DNA of 64,000 nucleotides from assembly GCA_028826165.1 (NCBI GenBank), contig JAPDFW010000094.1:62001-126000 (forward strand). Direction: 5' to 3'. The notes under the pieces are model-generated. The model was not told the DNA's origin. It was given only the letters and a program-made list of their open reading frames with translations, and ran no database searches. Positions 36,258 to 49,800 of the stretch are shown here, one piece after another. The position numbers and the translations under genes are program-made. This stretch comes from Anaeramoeba ignava BMAN. Lineage: Eukaryota > Protista > Anaeramoebae. Numbering within the stretch: position 1 is the first letter of the stretch; the number at the start of each line of letters is the position of its first letter.

Positions 36258-38940
36258 ATGAATGAAAATGATAAAGAAAATAAAGAAAAATTTGAAGGTT
36301 TTTATACATTAAATGGAGAAACAAAATTTACCACAAAATCTTTACCTTTAGACTTTTTAGTTGAATTTCCAAGAGGTTTTAATTACAATTTTGAATTTTG
36401 AATTTTGAATTTTGAATTGAAAAAAAAAAATTTTTTTTATTAATTTAGGTGTTTATACTGTTACAAGAACAATAAATAAAAATCGAGCTTTAAATTTTGA
36501 AGTTCATGTTAAAAGATTATGTTTGTTTAATTTAATTTAATCAAAATAATTTAATTTAATCAAAATAATTTAATCAAAATAATTTAATTTAATCAAAATA
36601 ATTTAATCAAAATAATTTAATCAAAATAATTTAATTTAATCAAAATAATTTAATTTAATTTAATCAAAATAATTTAATTTAATTTAATTTAATCAAAATA
36701 ATTTAATTTAATTTAATTTAATTTAATTTAATTTAATTTAATTTAATTTAATTTAATTTAATTTTAATTTAATTTAATTTAATTTTAATTTAATTTAATT
36801 TAATTTAATTTAATTTAATTTAATCAAAAATAATTTAATTTAATCAAAATAATTTAATTTAATTTAATTTAATCAAAATAATTTAATTTAATCAAAATAA
36901 TTTAATCAAAATAATTTAATTTAATTTAATCAAAATAATTTAATTTTAATTTAATTTAATTTAATTTAATTTAATTTAATTTAATTTAATTTAATTTAAT
37001 TTAATTTAATTTAATTTAATTTAATTTAATTTAATTTAATCAAAATAATTTAATCAAAATAATTTAATCAAAATAATTTAATTTAATTTAATTTAATCAA
37101 AATTTAATTTAATTTAATTTAATTTAATCAAAATAATTTAATTTAATTTAATTTAATCAAAATAATTTAATTTAATTTTAATTTAATTTAATTTAATTTA
37201 ATTTAATTTAATTTAATTTAAAAAATTTAATTTAATTAAATTTAATTTAATCAAAATAATTTAATCAAAAATAATTTAATTTAATTTAATCAAAATAATT
37301 TAATTTAATTTAATTTAATCAAAAATAATTTAATTTAATTTAATTTTAATCAAAATAATTTAATTTAATTTAATTTAATCAAAATAATTTAATTTAATTT
37401 AATTTTAATCAAAATAATTTAATCAAAATAATTTAATCAAAATAATTTAATCAAAAATAATTTTAATTTAATCAAAAATTCATCAAAATAATTTAATTTA
37501 ATCAAAATAATTTAATCAAAATAATTTAATCAAAATAATTTAATTTAATCAAATTTAATTTAATCAAAAAATAATTTAATTTTAATCAAAATAATTTAAC
37601 CAAAATAATTTAATTTAATCAAAATAAAATGATTTAATTTAATCAAAATAATTTAATCAAAATAATTTAATTTAATCAAAATAATTTTAATTTAATTTTA
37701 ATCAAAATAATTTAATCTAATTTAATTTAATCAAAATAATTTAATCTAATTTAATTTAATTTAATTTAATTTAATTTAATTTAATTTAATTTAATTTAAT
37801 TTAATTTAATTTAATTTAATTTAATCAAAATAATTTAATTTAATTTAATTTAATTTAATTTAATTTAATTTAATTTAATTTAATTTAATCAAAATAATTT
37901 AATTTAATCAAAATAATTTAATCTAATTTAATTTAATCAAAATAATTTAATCTAAATAATTTAATCAAAATAATTTAATTTAATCAAAATAATCTAATTT
38001 AATCAAAATAATTTAATTTAATTAGTTGATTCAGCAAAAAAATGTCCAGTTTTTGAAGATTCAAAATTTTTAACTTTTCTTAATGATTTTGAACCTTTTT
38101 ATTCTCTTGTTATTCAAAATGTTGAAAAAACTTATACTGAATTGAGAAAATATTTCCCAAAATTTAATGATGATACAAGAATTACACTTTATTTAACTTC
38201 TAAAGATTTACTTCCAAATGAAAAAAATTATATTCAAAATAATTTTGTTCTTATTATTCATTTAGCCAAATTTACTTCTTATGGATCTCCTCCTATAGTT
38301 GTTGAAGTTAGAGGAAATCCAAGATCAAATCCTACAGCAAAAGATACAAATTGGCTTAAGTTTGAATTCATTTATAAAATTAAAATTCATTTATAAAATT
38401 AAAATTAAAATTAAAATTAAAATTAAAATTAAAATTCATTTATAAAATTAAAATTAAAATTAAAATTAAAATTAAAATTAAAATTTAAATTCATTTATAA
38501 AATTTAAAAATAGAAAAAAAAAAGAATTAGCAAAAGATAAACATAAAAAAGCAATAGAAACTCTTCTTGTTGATGAAAATGGTTTAATCACAGAAGCTTC
38601 ATCAAGTAATTTCTTTGTTGTTCAAGGAAATACTTTATACACAGCACCAGATGAACAAGTATTAAACGGATCAATTAGAGCTTTAGTAATCAAAGTTTGC
38701 GAAGAAAAAAAAATACCAATTATATTTGCCAATCCAAAAACTTCTGAAATATCAATTTGGGATGGCGCTTTTTTAACAGGAACTTCAAGACTTGTTCAAC
38801 AAATTGATGAGATTTATATGTTTGATAAAAAAGATAAAAATATGAAACATTTTTCTTTTAAATCTTCAGATTTGATTAAGGAAATTGAAAGTATTGTTAA
38901 ACAGAAATTAGTTGAATGTTCCGTGATTTTAAACATTTAG
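36258..38940 (+). CDS. PLP-dependent class IV aminotransferase-like enzyme; 4 exons, largely missed by the ORF track
   Basis: PRGVYTVTRT, HVKRLFDS, RSNPTAKDTNW (PLP Lys), ETLLVDENGLITEASSSNFF, VLNGSIRALV, AFLTGTSR. Large intron 36521-38025. Confidence 0.85.
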
Positions 38941-39075
38941 ATTAATTCAAAATAGTGATTAAATCTTTTTCTTTTTCTTAAAAAATAAAAATTAAGAACA
39001 ATTTTTTTTTGATTAATTTTTAATAAAAATAAAAATTGAGAACATTTTTATTTGCTTTTTCTTTTTTACACAAAA

Positions 39076-39765
39076 TTAAATCTTAATCGAATGATCATCT
39101 GATTTTTTAAATTCTAATGATTGACTTAATTTTAAATCAAGACTTTCACTTAAATCTTGAAACTTTTTTTTCTGTCGAATTATATAATGAATTCCTTGAT
39201 TTTTTTCCAATTCTTTATTTGCTAAACGAACCAAAATTTTTTCTTTTGGATCATTTTTTTTCGACAATTTTTCCAAATGATTTTGAGTATTTTGAATCAA
39301 ATTTGAAATTTCTTCATTTTCTTTTTCAAAAAGAGTGAATTTATCTTGTTGCTTTTGATAAGAATTTTGGCAATCATTTAATTCCCATTCCAAACGGTGT
39401 AAATTTTCATGAAGTCTTGAATTGCTTCTTTTGTTAAGTTTCCTTTTTCTTAATTGAGTTTCTGTTCTTAACAAATTTTTTGTATAAAGATTTTCTTTTT
39501 CAAGATCTAAAATCTTTTTTTCTTTTTGAATTTTTTCTTTTTGAATTTCAATTAATTGATTCAATAAAAAATCTTCAAGTTCATTTTCTTCATTTTCTTC
39601 TTTTTGATTTGATTTTTTATTTTTTGTTGTTGGATTTATTTTTCTTGCTAAAGTTTTTTGTGATTCGATTATTAATGAATTTAGATTTGTTTGTTTTGTT
39701 TTTGTGTCTCTATTTGAATTTAGAATTGAAAGCATATCATCTAAATGTAAAGTTTGAATTTGCAT
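39076..39765 (-). CDS. Hypothetical coiled-coil protein
   Basis: 229-aa ORF with heptad-like E/K/Q/L composition and an upstream TTTTCA motif. Confidence 0.55.
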   Translation of the reverse strand: MQIQTLHLDDMLSILNSNRDTKTKQTNLNSLIIESQKTLARKINPTTKNKKSNQKEENEENELEDFLLNQLIEIQKEKIQKEKKILDLEKENLYTKNLLRTETQLRKRKLNKRSNSRLHENLHRLEWELNDCQNSYQKQQDKFTLFEKENEEISNLIQNTQNHLEKLSKKNDPKEKILVRLANKELEKNQGIHYIIRQKKKFQDLSESLDLKLSQSLEFKKSDDHSIKI

Positions 39766-39948
39766 TTTTTAAAAAAAAGGGATTTAAAAGATGAAAAAAA
39801 ATGAATTTGAAAAATGAGAAATAATTTTTTTTTTTTAATTAAATTCGTTAATTTATTTTTAAAAAAGAAGATCTAAATTAAAATCCAAAAAAATAACCCC
39901 TTTTTTCAAAATTTATTTTTTCATTTTTTTCCTTTTTTATTTTTTAAA

Positions 39949-41536
39949 ATGAATAATAATAATTTAATTATAATTAATCAACAATTTCAAACAGAATTTA
40001 ATCAAAATTTAATTCAAAATTATCAAAATTTATTAAAATCAAATCAAAATTATTCAGATATTACAATTAAAATTGGTTATAATTTAAAAGAATTTTATTG
40101 TCATAAATCAATATTAAGTTGTCAATCTCCTTTTTTTTCACTTTATTTAAAAGAAAATCAAATTAATGAAATTATTTTTAAAGAAATTAATGAAGAAGAT
40201 ATGAATCAAATCATTCAATATATTTATACAGGAAATATTCAATTAAATCAATCTAACTTATTTTCAATTTGGTTAATTTCAATTAAATTTCAATTACAAT
40301 CACTTCAAAATTTTATTGAAAACGAAATTATTATTAAAAATTTCAATCAACAATATTTTTTACCAATTTTTTGAAAATCAAAATTTATCAATTAATTTAA
40401 ATCAACAATGTAATCAATTTATTCAGAATAATTTCCATATTATTTTAAATAATCCAAAATTTAAAGAATTAAAAAAAGAATCAATTTTCAAAATTATTGA
40501 AATTACTCAAAAAACACAAATACAAATTGATTTTTTTCCATTAATTAAAAATTTAGAAAAATGGATTTTAAATCAATTTAAAAAGAAAAAACAAAATTAT
40601 AAACAAGAAAAACAACAAATGAATTTAAAAGAAGAAAAAAAAAGAATAATGCAATCATTTCTTGATAAAATCAATATTCTTTCTTTCAAATTTAAATCAG
40701 AAGATCTCAAAAAAATTCAATCTAAAATTGGATTTATTCCACAAGAAATCATTTCTAATTTAATTGCTATGAAAGAAAATCAAAAACTTCAAGAATCTCT
40801 CAAACAAAAAGATGAAGAAATTCAAAAAAAAGATGAAGAAATGAAAGAAATGAAACCAATTTATAAAATAAGTAGAAAAGAAATTGAAAAATCAAATTTA
40901 ATGAAAGAATCAAAAATTATTCAAAATTTTAAAGATGCAATTTATATTAAAGAATTTATTTCAAATAACGAATTTTTTAATTCAATGAAACTTGGATTTT
41001 CAGGAACAAGAGATGGATTTTCAAATCAATTATTTCATCAAAAATGTGATGGAAAAAATCATACATTAGTAATTATTAAATCAAAAAATGGATTTATCTT
41101 TGGAGGATTTACTCAAATTGGATTTTTTTCAAGTGGAGGATGGAATATATCAGATCCAAATGCATTTATTTATACATTAAAAAATCCAAAAAATTATTTA
41201 CCTTCAAAATTTCAATATCAAAATGGAAAATGTATTTATCATAATCCAAATTATTCAATTTATTTTGGAAGTGGAGGATGTATTTCAATTAAAGATTTAT
41301 CAACAAAAAAAGGAAGAAGTTATGGATATGTTTATAAAAATTTTGAATTTCCTGAAGGAGTTGAACCAAAAGAAGCACCTATTTTTTTTACAGGAAAACC
41401 AAAATGGGAAATTGAAGAAATTGAAGTATTTTTCAACCCTCAATCAAATTTGAATCAAAACCAAAATTCAAGAACAAGTCTATTTGAGCAACCAAAAAAA
41501 GGTTTATTTAATCAAAGCGCAAAAACAAAGAAATAA
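39949..41536 (+). CDS. BTB/BACK + TLDc protein (apparent frameshift ~40336-40372)
   Basis: YSDITIKIG..FYCHKSILSCQSPFF..YIYTG (BTB); GFSGTRDGF..FHQKCDGK..FIFGGFT..IEEIEVF (TLDc). Confidence 0.85.
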
Positions 41537-42399
41537 GTTCTCAAATTTACAACAACAACAACAATCAAAAGAAAAATCAAAATCAAAATCAATTTCTTCT
41601 TATTCTTTTTCAAATTCAGATTCAAATGATTCAAATTCAGATTCAAATGATTCAAATTCAGATTCAAATTCAGATTCAAATTCAGATTCAAATTCAGATT
41701 CAGATTCAAATGAAATTGAAATTGAAATTCAAAATAAAAATCAACAAACAAATCAACAAACAAATCAAAATCAAAATCAAAATCAAAATCAAAATCAAAA
41801 TCAAAATCAAAAACAAAATCAAAACAAAAACGAACAAATCGAAAAATCAAAATCAAAATCAAAATCAAAATCAATTTTTATTTCAAAATCAAAATTAAAA
41901 TCAAAATTAAAATCAAAATCAAAACATAAGTTCAATATTTTCAAATCAAAATCAAAACCAAAATCAAAATCAAAATCAAAATCAAAATCAAAATCAAAAT
42001 CAAAATCAAAATGAAAACCAAAACCAAAATCAAAATTAAAATCAAAATCAAAATCAAATCAAAATCAAAATCAAAATCAATTTCTATTTCAAAATTAAAA
42101 TTAAAATTAAAATTAAAATTAAAATCAAAATCAAAACAGAAGTTCATTATTTTCAAATCAAAACCAAAATCAAAATCAAAATCAAAACATAAGTTCAATA
42201 TTTTCAAAATCAAAATCAAAATCAATTTCTATTTCAAAATCAAAATCAAAATCAAAATCAAAACAGAAGTTCATTATTTTCGAATCAAAACCAAAATCAA
42301 AATCAAATTCAAATTCAAAATCAAAATCAAAATCAAATTCTTTTTTTTAATTCTTTTTATTTTTTAAAAACAAAAAAAAAAGTTTAAATTTCTTTTTAA

Positions 42400-42552
42400 T
42401 TTTCTTTTTAATTTTCTTGTTAATTTTCTTGTTAATTTCCTTTTAAATTTTCTTGTGAATTTTCTTTTTAATTTCTGTTTTAATTTCCTTTTAAATTTTC
42501 TTGTTAATTTTCTTGTTAATTTTCTTGTTAATTTCTTGGTTAATTTTCTTAT
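42400..42552. repeat. Short tandem repeat (~AATTTTCTTGTT)n downstream of NSF
   Basis: About 11 degenerate 12-13-bp copies. Confidence 0.75.
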
Positions 42553-42578
42553 TATTTTCTTTTAAATTTGGTTTAAAA

Positions 42579-45500
42579 TTATTTAAGAATAAAATCTTCC
42601 CAACATTGTAAAAAAGAATCAAAATTTGAACCTTTTTTCTTTTTAATTTGTTGATACATTTCAATAACCATAATCAACTGTTTAATACCAATAGTTTTAT
42701 CATCCAAACGAGAAAAATTATCTTTTAATTCTTTATCATTAAAAACATTAAGTTTCAAAAGAACAGAAGAAATTTCATTAAAACCAACCAATTGAGGAAC
42801 AGTAATATGAGCACTAAAAACAGATTCAAAACCGACTTCCTGAAGAACATCAGGAGAAGAAGTAGTCGCAAAAACAAGTAGTTTTCGATTTACAGGCGGG
42901 ATTTTCTTAAGCATTACTAGTAATGTTTGTAAAACTGAGTTAGAAAATCTTGGACCAATAGGAACAAAATCAAAAATTCTTTCAATATCATCAATCACAA
43001 TAATACTAAAAGGAGAACGATAAGCATCATCAAAAACCTTTCCAATTTGATTGCATTTTCCGATTTCCGACATTCCAATCATTGAATCAGCGGAAATCAT
43101 TTTGACAAACGGAAATTTTGAATCCATTGATAATTTTGCAGCAAATGCTGTTTTTCCTGTTCCTGCGGCTCCTTTTACAAGAACGGAAATTAAAGGTGTT
43201 CTTTCTGAAACTGATACTTGTTGAAGATACGACATTCCAATTTCATATAATTTATCAAATCTGGATCCATAATTTATTATTCCATTTCTTAAACACGGTT
43301 CAAATTGATCTTCTTCAACTCCAAATGCTGGTTTTACTTCTCTTAATGCTGTTAAAAAATCATCTCTTGTTACTTGGATCCCTTCAACACTAACTGGTTT
43401 GGATAAATTATCGGGATCAATTCTTCTGTTTAATGCAAAAGATGTTGCGCTTTTGACAAGTCCTTCAATTTCTGCTCCTGAGAAATTCTTTGTTAATTTT
43501 GCCAATTCTTCCAAATTAACATCTTTTGCCAACATTTTTTCTTTTTGCATTTTTGAAGTGTGAATTCGGAAGATTTGGATTCTTCCGTATTCGTTTGGCA
43601 AGTTGATTTCCATTTGCACTTCTAATCTTCCTGGTCTTAATAGTGCTTCATCTATCATATCTTTTCTGTTTGTCATTCCTATTACTAAAATGTTATTAAG
43701 TGAATCAACTCCATCTATTTTGGCTAATAGTTGATTTACTACTGTGTCTCCTACTCCAGTTCCATCGTTTCTTGTTCCTCTTTTTCGACATATTGCATCG
43801 ATTTCATCAAATATTATAATGTGTAAATCGGATTCATCTCCTCTTTCTAATTGTTCTTTTTCTGCATCTTCGAATAGTTTTCTTATGTTTTCTTCACTTT
43901 GTCCAACGTATTTATTCAAGATTTCTGGTCCATTTACAACCTTTTATAAATTAATATATAAAAATATAAATTAAATTAAATTCATTTTATAAATTAAATG
44001 AAATTAAATTAAATCCATTTTAATTCATTTTATAAATTAATATATAAAAATATAAAATAAATTAAATTCATTTTATAAATTAAATTAAATTAAGTTCATT
44101 TTATAAATTAAATTAAATTAAATTAAATTAAATTAAATTAAATTAAATTAAATTAAATTAAATTCATTTTATAAATTAAACTAAATTAAATCCATTTTAT
44201 AAATTAAATTAAATTAAATTCATTTTATAAATTAAATTAAATTAAATTAAATTCATTTTTATAAATTAAATTAAATTAAATTCATTTTTGAATTAAATTA
44301 AATTAAATTCATTTTACAAATTAAATTAAATTAAATTAAATTAAATTAAATTAAATTCATTTTATAAATTAAATTAAATTAAATCCATTTTATAAATTAA
44401 ATTAAATTAAATCCATTTTATAAATTAAATTAAATTAAATTAAATTCATTTTTTGAATTAAATTAAATTAAATTCATTTTACAAATTAAATTAAATTAAA
44501 TTAAATTAAATTAAATTCATTTTATAAATTAAATTAAATTAAATTAAATTCATTTTATAAATTAAATTAAATTAAATTAAATTCATTTTAATAATTAAAT
44601 TAAATTAAATTCATTTTTCTAAAATGATAAACAACCTTTGGTTCTTTTCCATTTAACATTTTTCCAATTTGTCTTGCCATTAAAGTTTTACCAGTTCCAG
44701 GAGGACCCCATAATAAAATACCTCTAACATGAGAAACTCCTAATTTTCTAATAACTGATGGTGGAAAAACACGAGAAGCAAAAGCTCTTCTAAAAATATC
44801 ACTAAATTCTTTATCAAGACCTCCAATTCCCATACTTTCAAAATTCCAATCTGGTCTAAAAATTGATGTTCTTGTTCGACTAATAAATTTTTATAATTAA
44901 TTTTCATATTTAATTTTTATAATTAATTTTGAATTTAATTTTAATTTTAATTTTAATTTTAATTTTCTCTTTTACTTTGATTGACCTGAAATTGTAATTT
45001 CTGATTCTCCAGTTTTTTCAAAGAATATTTGTGTTTGTGATGTTAATAATCCTCTAAATTGTGGATTATCTTCTATAAATTTTTTTAATTTTAATTTTAA
45101 TTTTAATTTTAATTTAATTTTAATTTTAATTTTAATTTTAATTTTGATTTTAATTTTAATTTTGATTTTAATTTTTAATTTTGATTTTGATTTTAATTTT
45201 AATTTTAATTTTAATTATTTTAATATTGATTTTAATTTTATATTAAATTCTTACTATCTTCTTTTACTGATATTTCTGAAATTTCTGAACTTTCTCCCAT
45301 CATTTCAGAAAGAGAAACTACTTTAACATCTTTAACAAGACATTTTAAGAAAAGAACTTCATAATCAATTACAAATTTTTGTTTAAGAGTTAAAACCTAT
45401 AATTTTATAAATTAAATTCATTTTATAAATTAAATTAAATTAAATTAAATTAAATTCATTTTTATAAATTAAATTCATTTAAATTCATTTTATAAATTAA

Positions 45501-46537
45501 ATTCATTTTTATAAATTAAATTAAATTAAATTAAATTCATTTTATAAATTAAATTAAATTAAATTCATTTTATAAATTAATTTAAATTAAATTAAATTAA
45601 ATTCATTTTATAAATTAAATTAAATTAAATTAAATTCATTTTATAAATTAAATTAAATTCATTTTATAAATTAAATTAAATCCATTTTTATAAATTAAAT
45701 TCATTTTATAAATTAAATTAAATTAAATTAAATTCATTTTATAAATTAAATTAAATTAAATTAAATTAAATTCATTTTATAAATTAAATTAAATTAAATT
45801 AAATTAAATTCATTTTTATAAATTAAATTAAATTAAATTAAATTAAATTCATTTTTATAAATTAAATTAAATTAAATTAAATTAAATTCATTTTTATAAA
45901 TTAAATTCATTTTTATAAATTGAATCCAAACTTGATTATTAAGAGTTCTAATTATTTTTTCACAAAGTTTTCCACTATCAATTTTAGTTTTTTTTGCAAC
46001 AGGATTTTTAACAGCTAAACCCATTTCTAAAGTTAAATCTGAAATATAAAAATCTTCTTCAGGAATAAAAAATTGTTTTAACTTTTTTTTTTTAAATAAA
46101 TAAATTAAATAAAAAATAAATTAATAAGTTTTAAACATAAAAAAATAAATAATTACTTCAACCATGTCTGAATATCCAATAGAACAAGTCATTCTTTGAA
46201 TATTTGATAAGGCAACTTGTCCTTTTGATATTTTTGGAGATGGTGAAATATTGTAAATAAAATGCCCATTAATCATAGCATAATGATGAGGTTCTCTACA
46301 ATAATTATTTATAAAATATAAAAGAAAAGAAATTTTAAAATTTTAATTATAAATAAATTTTAATTTAAACAAAATATTTTAAATTAAATTTAATTTTATT
46401 TTTTTATTTATTATTTTTTTATTTTTTTTTTACTTGTTTTGATCAGAAATAATTTGATAATAATCATCTTGAGAAACAAACACTTTATTTGTAAGTGTAT
46501 GTTCTGTATCTGGTGAATTTGTTGGTTTTAAAAACAT
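42579..46537 (-). CDS. NSF: Vesicle-fusing ATPase NSF/Sec18; 7 exons
   Basis: [50 protein letters not shown]2 [15 protein letters not shown]-domain exons join in frame via GT-AG introns. Confidence 0.96.
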
Positions 46538-46832
46538 TATTAAAAAAAAAAAATGAAAAATGAAAAAATGAAAAATGAAAAAAATGAAAAATTTTTAAAA
46601 AAAAAAAATCCAAAAAAACGTTTTTCTTTTTCCATTATTTTTTTATTTAAAAAACGTGTTTTGGATTTTTTCTCATTTCAATTTTAATCAATTTTAATTA
46701 ATTTTTTATTTAATTTTAATTTGTTCCACTTTTTTTATTTGTTTTTTATTTAATTTATTTATTTATTTTTATTTATTTAATTTTTTTATTTGTTTTTTAT
46801 TTAATTTATTTATTTGTTTTTAATTTATTTGA

Positions 46833-49800
46833 TTAGAAAAAAGAAAAATCTTCAACTCCAAATCCTACTCTAATTCGTGGATTCTCCTTTTGAAAAATCC
46901 AATCTTGAAATAATTCAACAATATTTTTAAACACTTCAAGATTTTTAAATACACTTTCATCTCTAGAAATTAATTTTCTAAAAATAATAAAAATAGGATC
47001 ATTCCTGAAATCATTCGCTCGTATTTTCTTTCTGAATTCAATTCTTGAATCAAAATTAATTCCTTTTGATTTTTCTTTTTCAATCAATTTATTCACTTGA
47101 TTTACAATTTCAAAATAATATCTTGTAAAATCCAAACTTTTATCCATCTCTTTCATCTCCATTTTTTCTTTTAAAAAATCCGCGCTTTCTTCTTTAATTA
47201 GATCCTTTTGGAATTGTTCCATTACAACAAATTCATGATCCACATTTTGATTATTTATTAAAATTTCATTTGGAAAATATTTCTGAATAACATCCATTTT
47301 TCCATTTAAAGATATTATCAATGAAAAAACATCATAATCCCTTTTCCAAATCTCTTTTTGAATTGGTTCAACAAAATCAGGTTTAAATTTACTAGAAATA
47401 TCACTATATTGTTCATAATCAATATGCAAAACTACTTGTAGATCTTTCTTTTTTAAAGAAAATTTCTTGATTTTTTTCAACACATTTCGAACAAAATATT
47501 TTGACATCAAACCTTCTGAATAACTAAGAAAAAAACACTTAATTCTCTTCAAATGTACATTTTCTAAAATTGGATTTGATGAATATTTCAATATCTTTCT
47601 TAATATTTCTGAAGAAACAGTTTTGGGTTCTTTTTGTGGATTGCAAATAATAAAAGGAACACCAGAAAATGATGAAATGAATTCAAATAAAAAATTCTTG
47701 AGAAATAGTTTCAAAACAAAAATTTCTTTTGGAATCATTAAATTTCTCAACAAATTTTCAGTTACTTCATCTTCAACCTCTTGAAACATATTTTCTGTAT
47801 TTGATTTCATTCCAATTATTGATCCAATTTTTTTGGAGTATTGGTTTATGTCTTGTGATTGAAATTTTGCATCAAAACAAATAAACAAAGATAGAATCAA
47901 TGCTGATTGAAATCTTTTTTCTGTTATTTTTACTTCAAATTCAGTTATATCTTGAAACAAAATAGATGAAGAATCATCTTGTAATAACCAAAGGAATAAT
48001 TTCATAAATTTATCACAAATTATTTGGATATTAATATCATCTAGTGGTTTGTATTCTTTCATTTCTTTCGTATTTTGAATATGTTTCTTTTTCAAAAAAT
48101 CTATTGATTCTATAAATGATTCGGTGATAATTCCCTTTTTATTTTGGATAAATTCTTCATTGCGTAAATCAACATTTTGATTAATAATTTTGTTGATTAA
48201 ATTCCCAAAATAGTTTGAATAATTTTCTAATATTAATCCATTTTCAGTTTTTATATACTTTGATTTTTTAATTGTTCCAATAAGTTGAATATTTGAGAAA
48301 AAATCTTCTTGTAAATCATTTGATTCTTCTTTAAAAAGCTTGGAAAAAAATATCGTTTTTATAAATAACATCACTTCAAAAGAAGCTAAATGAAGATTTT
48401 CGAAAATGAGATACACTTTTTTTTTGGATTGCATTTGAGAAAATTTCAGAATTTTATAGAATGATTTTTCAATAGATTTTCTTTGTGTTGTTTTTCTTAT
48501 ATGAATTATTTTGACAATTTGGTCGAGATAATTTTGGAAAATTGTGAAAATAAATTTTGATGCTTGTTGTTCAATTTCTGATATTAAAACAATTGGAATA
48601 GAAAATTTGAATGGAAATTGAAGCAAAATAATGTTTAAAATATCCTCATATGTTAGCAAATAATTCATGGATAGGTCATATCGATTTTTCATATAAAATC
48701 TATCTAATTGAAAAGATGATATTCTTGAAATCATATCAAAAATTAAATCAAATTTGTTGATTACTTGATCCCACATTTCATTATCTAAAAATGTTTGATT
48801 TTTGTTATTGAATGAAATGTGATGATTTATTTGCGTTTTCCAATTTATCATTTCAATTAAATATGGGAAGGAAAATATTGATTTTCGAATCAATTCTGTT
48901 GTTTTTGTTTTAGATTCATCTTCTTCAGATATTTTTTGCAAATTTTCTTTATTTTCTATTTCTTCCTCTATTTCCTTTTCAAACTGATTTTCATCCAGTT
49001 TTTCATTTTTAGAAATGAATAATTTTATTAAATGATCATCTTCTAGATATTGACTTGATAATTTCTTCATTAAATTTAAATGTAAATATAAATTAAAATC
49101 GGATTTTTTTTGAAAGAAGTTTTGGATACTTTCAACAAGAGTCAAATAATCACTTGTGATTTGATTTTTTTCTGTTTTGATTTTAAGCATCTCTTGAACA
49201 AAGTTTTCTATTTTTCCAATATATTGTTCAAAATGCAAATATTTTGATTTTTTTATATTTTGATTTGGTATCAATTTAAAATAATCAAAACGTTTCTTTT
49301 GAAAATTATTATTATCCTTCTCCCAATTATCTTCATTAATAACAATTTGTTTTGTTAATTTAGAAAATGTATATTTTTCCCAATTAATTCCTGAAATTAA
49401 GTGATATATTTTTGAGTATAAATCTTTTGGGAATTTTTTTCTTTTGAATGTAACATATTTTTTGAGTTTTATTTGATTTGATTTTGGAATCAATTTAGTT
49501 ATTAATAATAAATTTTTTTCTAAATTTGATATTTCTTTTGGAAGAGGAAAATGATATTGATTTCTTTTTTGATCATAAAATATTTTTTTCCCATCAAATT
49601 CAATTTCTTTATTTTGTTTATTTTTACTTGAAATTTGTAAATATTTTTTTTGTTTTTCTCTAATATATAAGTTTTGGAATTTTTTATAAGAATTTGGATG
49701 ATTTGATTTCATTTCCATTAAATCTTCCATTAATTCTATTTGGTATGAATTTTTAGATATTCTAAATTTCTTTTTTTTGGATTTAATTTTTTGAATTTGA

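Noticed and set aside
42579-46537. Inteins/Hint domains in NSF or other conserved genes
   Set aside because: No in-frame insertions with C...HN-[C/S/T] signatures were seen.
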